64,000 nucleotides of DNA from Vicugna vicugna (taxonomy: Eukaryota): contig MU062317.1 in NCBI GenBank assembly GCA_013265495.1, forward strand, positions 1,610,229 to 1,674,228. The letters are read 5' to 3'. Of the stretch, positions 61,332 through 64,000 are shown one piece after another. The notes below the pieces were generated by a model. It was given only the letters and a program-made list of their open reading frames with translations. It did not search any database and was not told where the DNA came from. The position numbers were made by a program, and so were the translations under genes. The first letter of the stretch is position 1, and the number at the start of each line of letters is the position of its first letter.

Positions 61332-61463
61332 CATATGCCTTCTGCAGGGCAGCGGGACGAGCGCGTGGCAGCGCTTATGGACCAGCAGTCTGCAGCTGAT
61401 GCACCTGTAGCCCTGCCTCGCGAGCCCCCATATCCTTTCGCTGCACTGGCCGCAGTACGCTCT
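61332..61463 (-). CDS. PRKCZ: PRKCZ exon 6 (132 nt, [44 protein letters not shown]; atypical C1 domain; final ATG is the PKM-zeta start)
   Basis: C1 Cys/His pattern. Acceptor gtgcag|AGA and donor ATG|GTGAGT. Exons 6-18 sum to 1356 nt in one frame; exons 1-5 lie beyond the right end. Confidence 0.97.
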
Positions 61464-63772
61464 CTGCACGGGATGGGAATGGCAGCTGTCACGCCGGGGC
61501 CGGGGTGTCCCTGCAGCCCCAGCCACACAGAGGGGACACAGCACTGTCATGGATCTCAAAAAATGACCTGCATTGGGGAAGGGACAGTCCTGTCCCCTTG
61601 TCACATCCCGGCCCTGGCCCCGCCCACCTCAGCAGCCCCTACTTGGGTCCAGCCCAAGGTTCACAGAGCCAAGGGCCCCACAGAGGGGGCTCTGCTCCTT
61701 TGAGGGAGAAGCAAGGTGAGGACCCCCCTCCGCGGGCAGCCCCTCCTGCTTGCAGGGCCCTGGAGGGGAATAGCCGAGGGGCCCTGTCCACCGGCAGTGA
61801 CCCAGGCTGAGGAGGGTGTGGCGAAAGCCACTGCCCGACCCTCGTCCAGACGCCCCATCTACCCACCGACCACGGGAAGAACTCCCCCTGGCGTCCTGGC
61901 ACCCTGGGGCGCTGTGCAATTAACTGGGGGTTTTCCCAGCATCTTCAAAGATTTTAAATGGTCAATCTTTGGTCTTCTAGGCTCTAGATGTCTGAAATTC
62001 GTGGTAATTATCAGCTTGTTTGGTGACTTTTCATGATTTTGGAATATCACAAAATGCACGGAGATGAGCGTGTCTGAAGTCTGGTCACACGCCGGCACTC
62101 GGAGCCAAAGCTCCCAGTTACGAGGTGTCTGCGTGTCACAGGTTTCCTGCTCAGTTTCTTCCAGTCACGACTTATTTACACGTTTTAGCCTTCTTCCACC
62201 ATTTTAACATACTTCCTTCTTTTGAGAGTTTCGAGTTACTCCTGAAGCCAGAGAGGACGCACTGCACTTGCTGTCTGAAAGCTCACTGCACCCGCACGCC
62301 GCATGGGCCCGGGGGCCACGAGCCCCGCAGACGGCCTGCTCGCTCCCGATTTCTCCCCAGGAAGGAGCCGAGCTGGGCGCCAGGGCCTGAGGGAGCCCCC
62401 TCCCCACACACAGTTCGCACACCTTGGTCGTGGCCGCACGGCCAGCACCTGGGACAGTGCCCAGCACACAGGGGTGCCGGTGAATGTTAGCTGAGACAAG
62501 TCCACACACACACACCCTACACTATCAACTTCAGTAACAGGAAAAAAGCAATGTATTCCATGTCCCCCACATAGCCTGAACCATCCTCCCAAACATGGGC
62601 AAACATGGGCCATGGGGCACGCTCTGGGACGGCAGCGAGGGCCACACAAGGGGCCCTGCCTCCCCAGACCCCTGTCTCAGGCCAGCCCCGTGTAGCGCCA
62701 GCTCTGGCAGCTCTGCCCAGGAGGCAGCTGCTAAATGAGCAAACTCAGATCTCAGAGAAAGGCTGCACCTTGGAAGACTGGTTTTCATCCCGTTCTGCGT
62801 CTCCAGCCCCGTCCAACACCAGTTACCACTCTCGAGTCCAGTAAAAAAATTCACCCTCCCTTATGTGACATGCTAGACGTGTTTAGCTTTCTCTGCGCCA
62901 CCATTTAACAACTTGGTGAGCAATGCTTGGATCACATCTGGGGGCAACTTCACAGCCACTTGGTTACTTTCCAAATTAACAAAGGTCCCTTTTCCTACAG
63001 AGCCCACCCTTACCAGGGGCCAGGCTGGGACAACAGTCACTGAGAGCAGTGTGAGTTTGCCAGGAGTCAGGACCCGTTGCGTTGAGGGGTCCTGCCACCG
63101 TGTTGCCAAGAGCTCTTTATTTCAAACCTACATTTGAATTATCAGTATTTCAGGAAATGCGCCTCTAAAAAAAAAAAAAACTTAAAAGCCAAGCTTCTAT
63201 TCTCAGAAATTCACATGAATTAACAGATTAATGGGGTGAAAAAATTTTCAAGTCTCTCCTACATGCTGCCAAAGCAGGTCCTTGCTCATATTTTTCATTA
63301 TCGAGTTCAGTTTTCTAACTGTACTGAGCCCTGACTTCATGTGCAGGCAGAGCGAGCGTTCAGGCTGGGTCTCTGCAGGTGCTTGCCTGGGACACGGGTT
63401 CCCGCAGTGATTTGTGATTTTGGACTGTGAACTCAGATTTCTTTTCATTTATCTGTGGGAATTCTCTGAGGCTGGGCTGACGAGACCTGTGCCCCTGCCA
63501 GCCTCCTGGGGGCGCTGCTGGGATGTGTGGACTCGGGGGCAGTGGTGTGAGGTCCAGCGGGAGGCTTCAGACTCTCAGGAAGAGCGGTCCCCCACCCCAC
63601 ATGAGGTGTCAGGAGCCGTCTTGCTGTTGCTGGGGACGCAGCCACCCTCCTCCTCCCTCCCTGAGCCCCGTTTCATGCCACTGTGGCGTGGGGAGGGGTC
63701 TCATCCTAGGCCCCAGGCCTGCCCCTCTCCTGGCCTTGGTCACGCGGCAAGTGGCACCTCCACCCTCCTGGC

Positions 63773-63969
63773 CTGGGGGTGGACAAACTACAGCCTGGGC
63801 AGGTAGGGCTGCCACCTGCTCTCATCAACAAAGTTTTATTGGAACACAGCTGCGCTCACTGTTCACCTCCTGCCGGGGGCCCAGCTGAGTAGCTGTGACA
63901 GGCCTGATGGCCCACAAAACCTAAAATAGTTACTCTCAGGCCCTTCCCAGGAAAGGCCTATAACCCCTG
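63773..63969 (+). mobile_element. MER58A-like hAT-Charlie DNA transposon (non-autonomous)
   Basis: ggggtggacaaactac...aaagttttattggaacacagc...gagtagctgtgacagg...atggcccacaaaacctaaaatagttactctcaggccctt...acccctg is collinear with the recalled MER58A consensus, with degenerate terminal inverted repeats. Confidence 0.8.
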
Positions 63970-64000
63970 TTCTAGTCACTCACATGGAAAAGCCAGGGGA

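Overview
Mammalian, GC-rich genomic DNA. It is probably from a camelid, judged by one short tRNA-derived SINE and the absence of Alu, SINEC, Bov-tA and PRE-1 elements; this assignment is tentative. The region is syntenic with human 1p36.33 in reverse orientation and contains three genes. SKI coding exon 1 is on the minus strand (5865-6833, partly N-masked), with its CpG-island promoter and the start of its long intron 1. FAAP20/C1orf86 is complete on the plus strand (4 coding exons, 29841-34947, 172 aa, C-terminal UBZ). PRKCZ coding exons 6-18 are on the minus strand (61463 to 37925) and include the whole PKM-zeta-type ORF. All exon boundaries were read by hand and have GT-AG sites and consistent phases. 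Exon numbering and all human/mouse comparisons are recalled from memory, not aligned. The rest is intron or intergenic DNA with old L1, MLT1, ERVL, MIR and MER58 fragments; the hundreds of other ORFs are GC-rich noise. The strongest unexplained signals are: (1) a ~90% identical copy of the PRKCZ intron11/exon12 splice junction inside intron 15, which stays in an open frame into exon 16 and could yield a kinase-dead isoform; (2) a 5 x 41 bp array upstream of SKI with CTCGG motifs phased 10/10/21 bp; (3) an apparent compensated double frameshift in FAAP20 exon 2 and an in-frame, stop-free FAAP20 intron 2. No prokaryotic-type system, CRISPR array, rRNA or functional tRNA gene was found.
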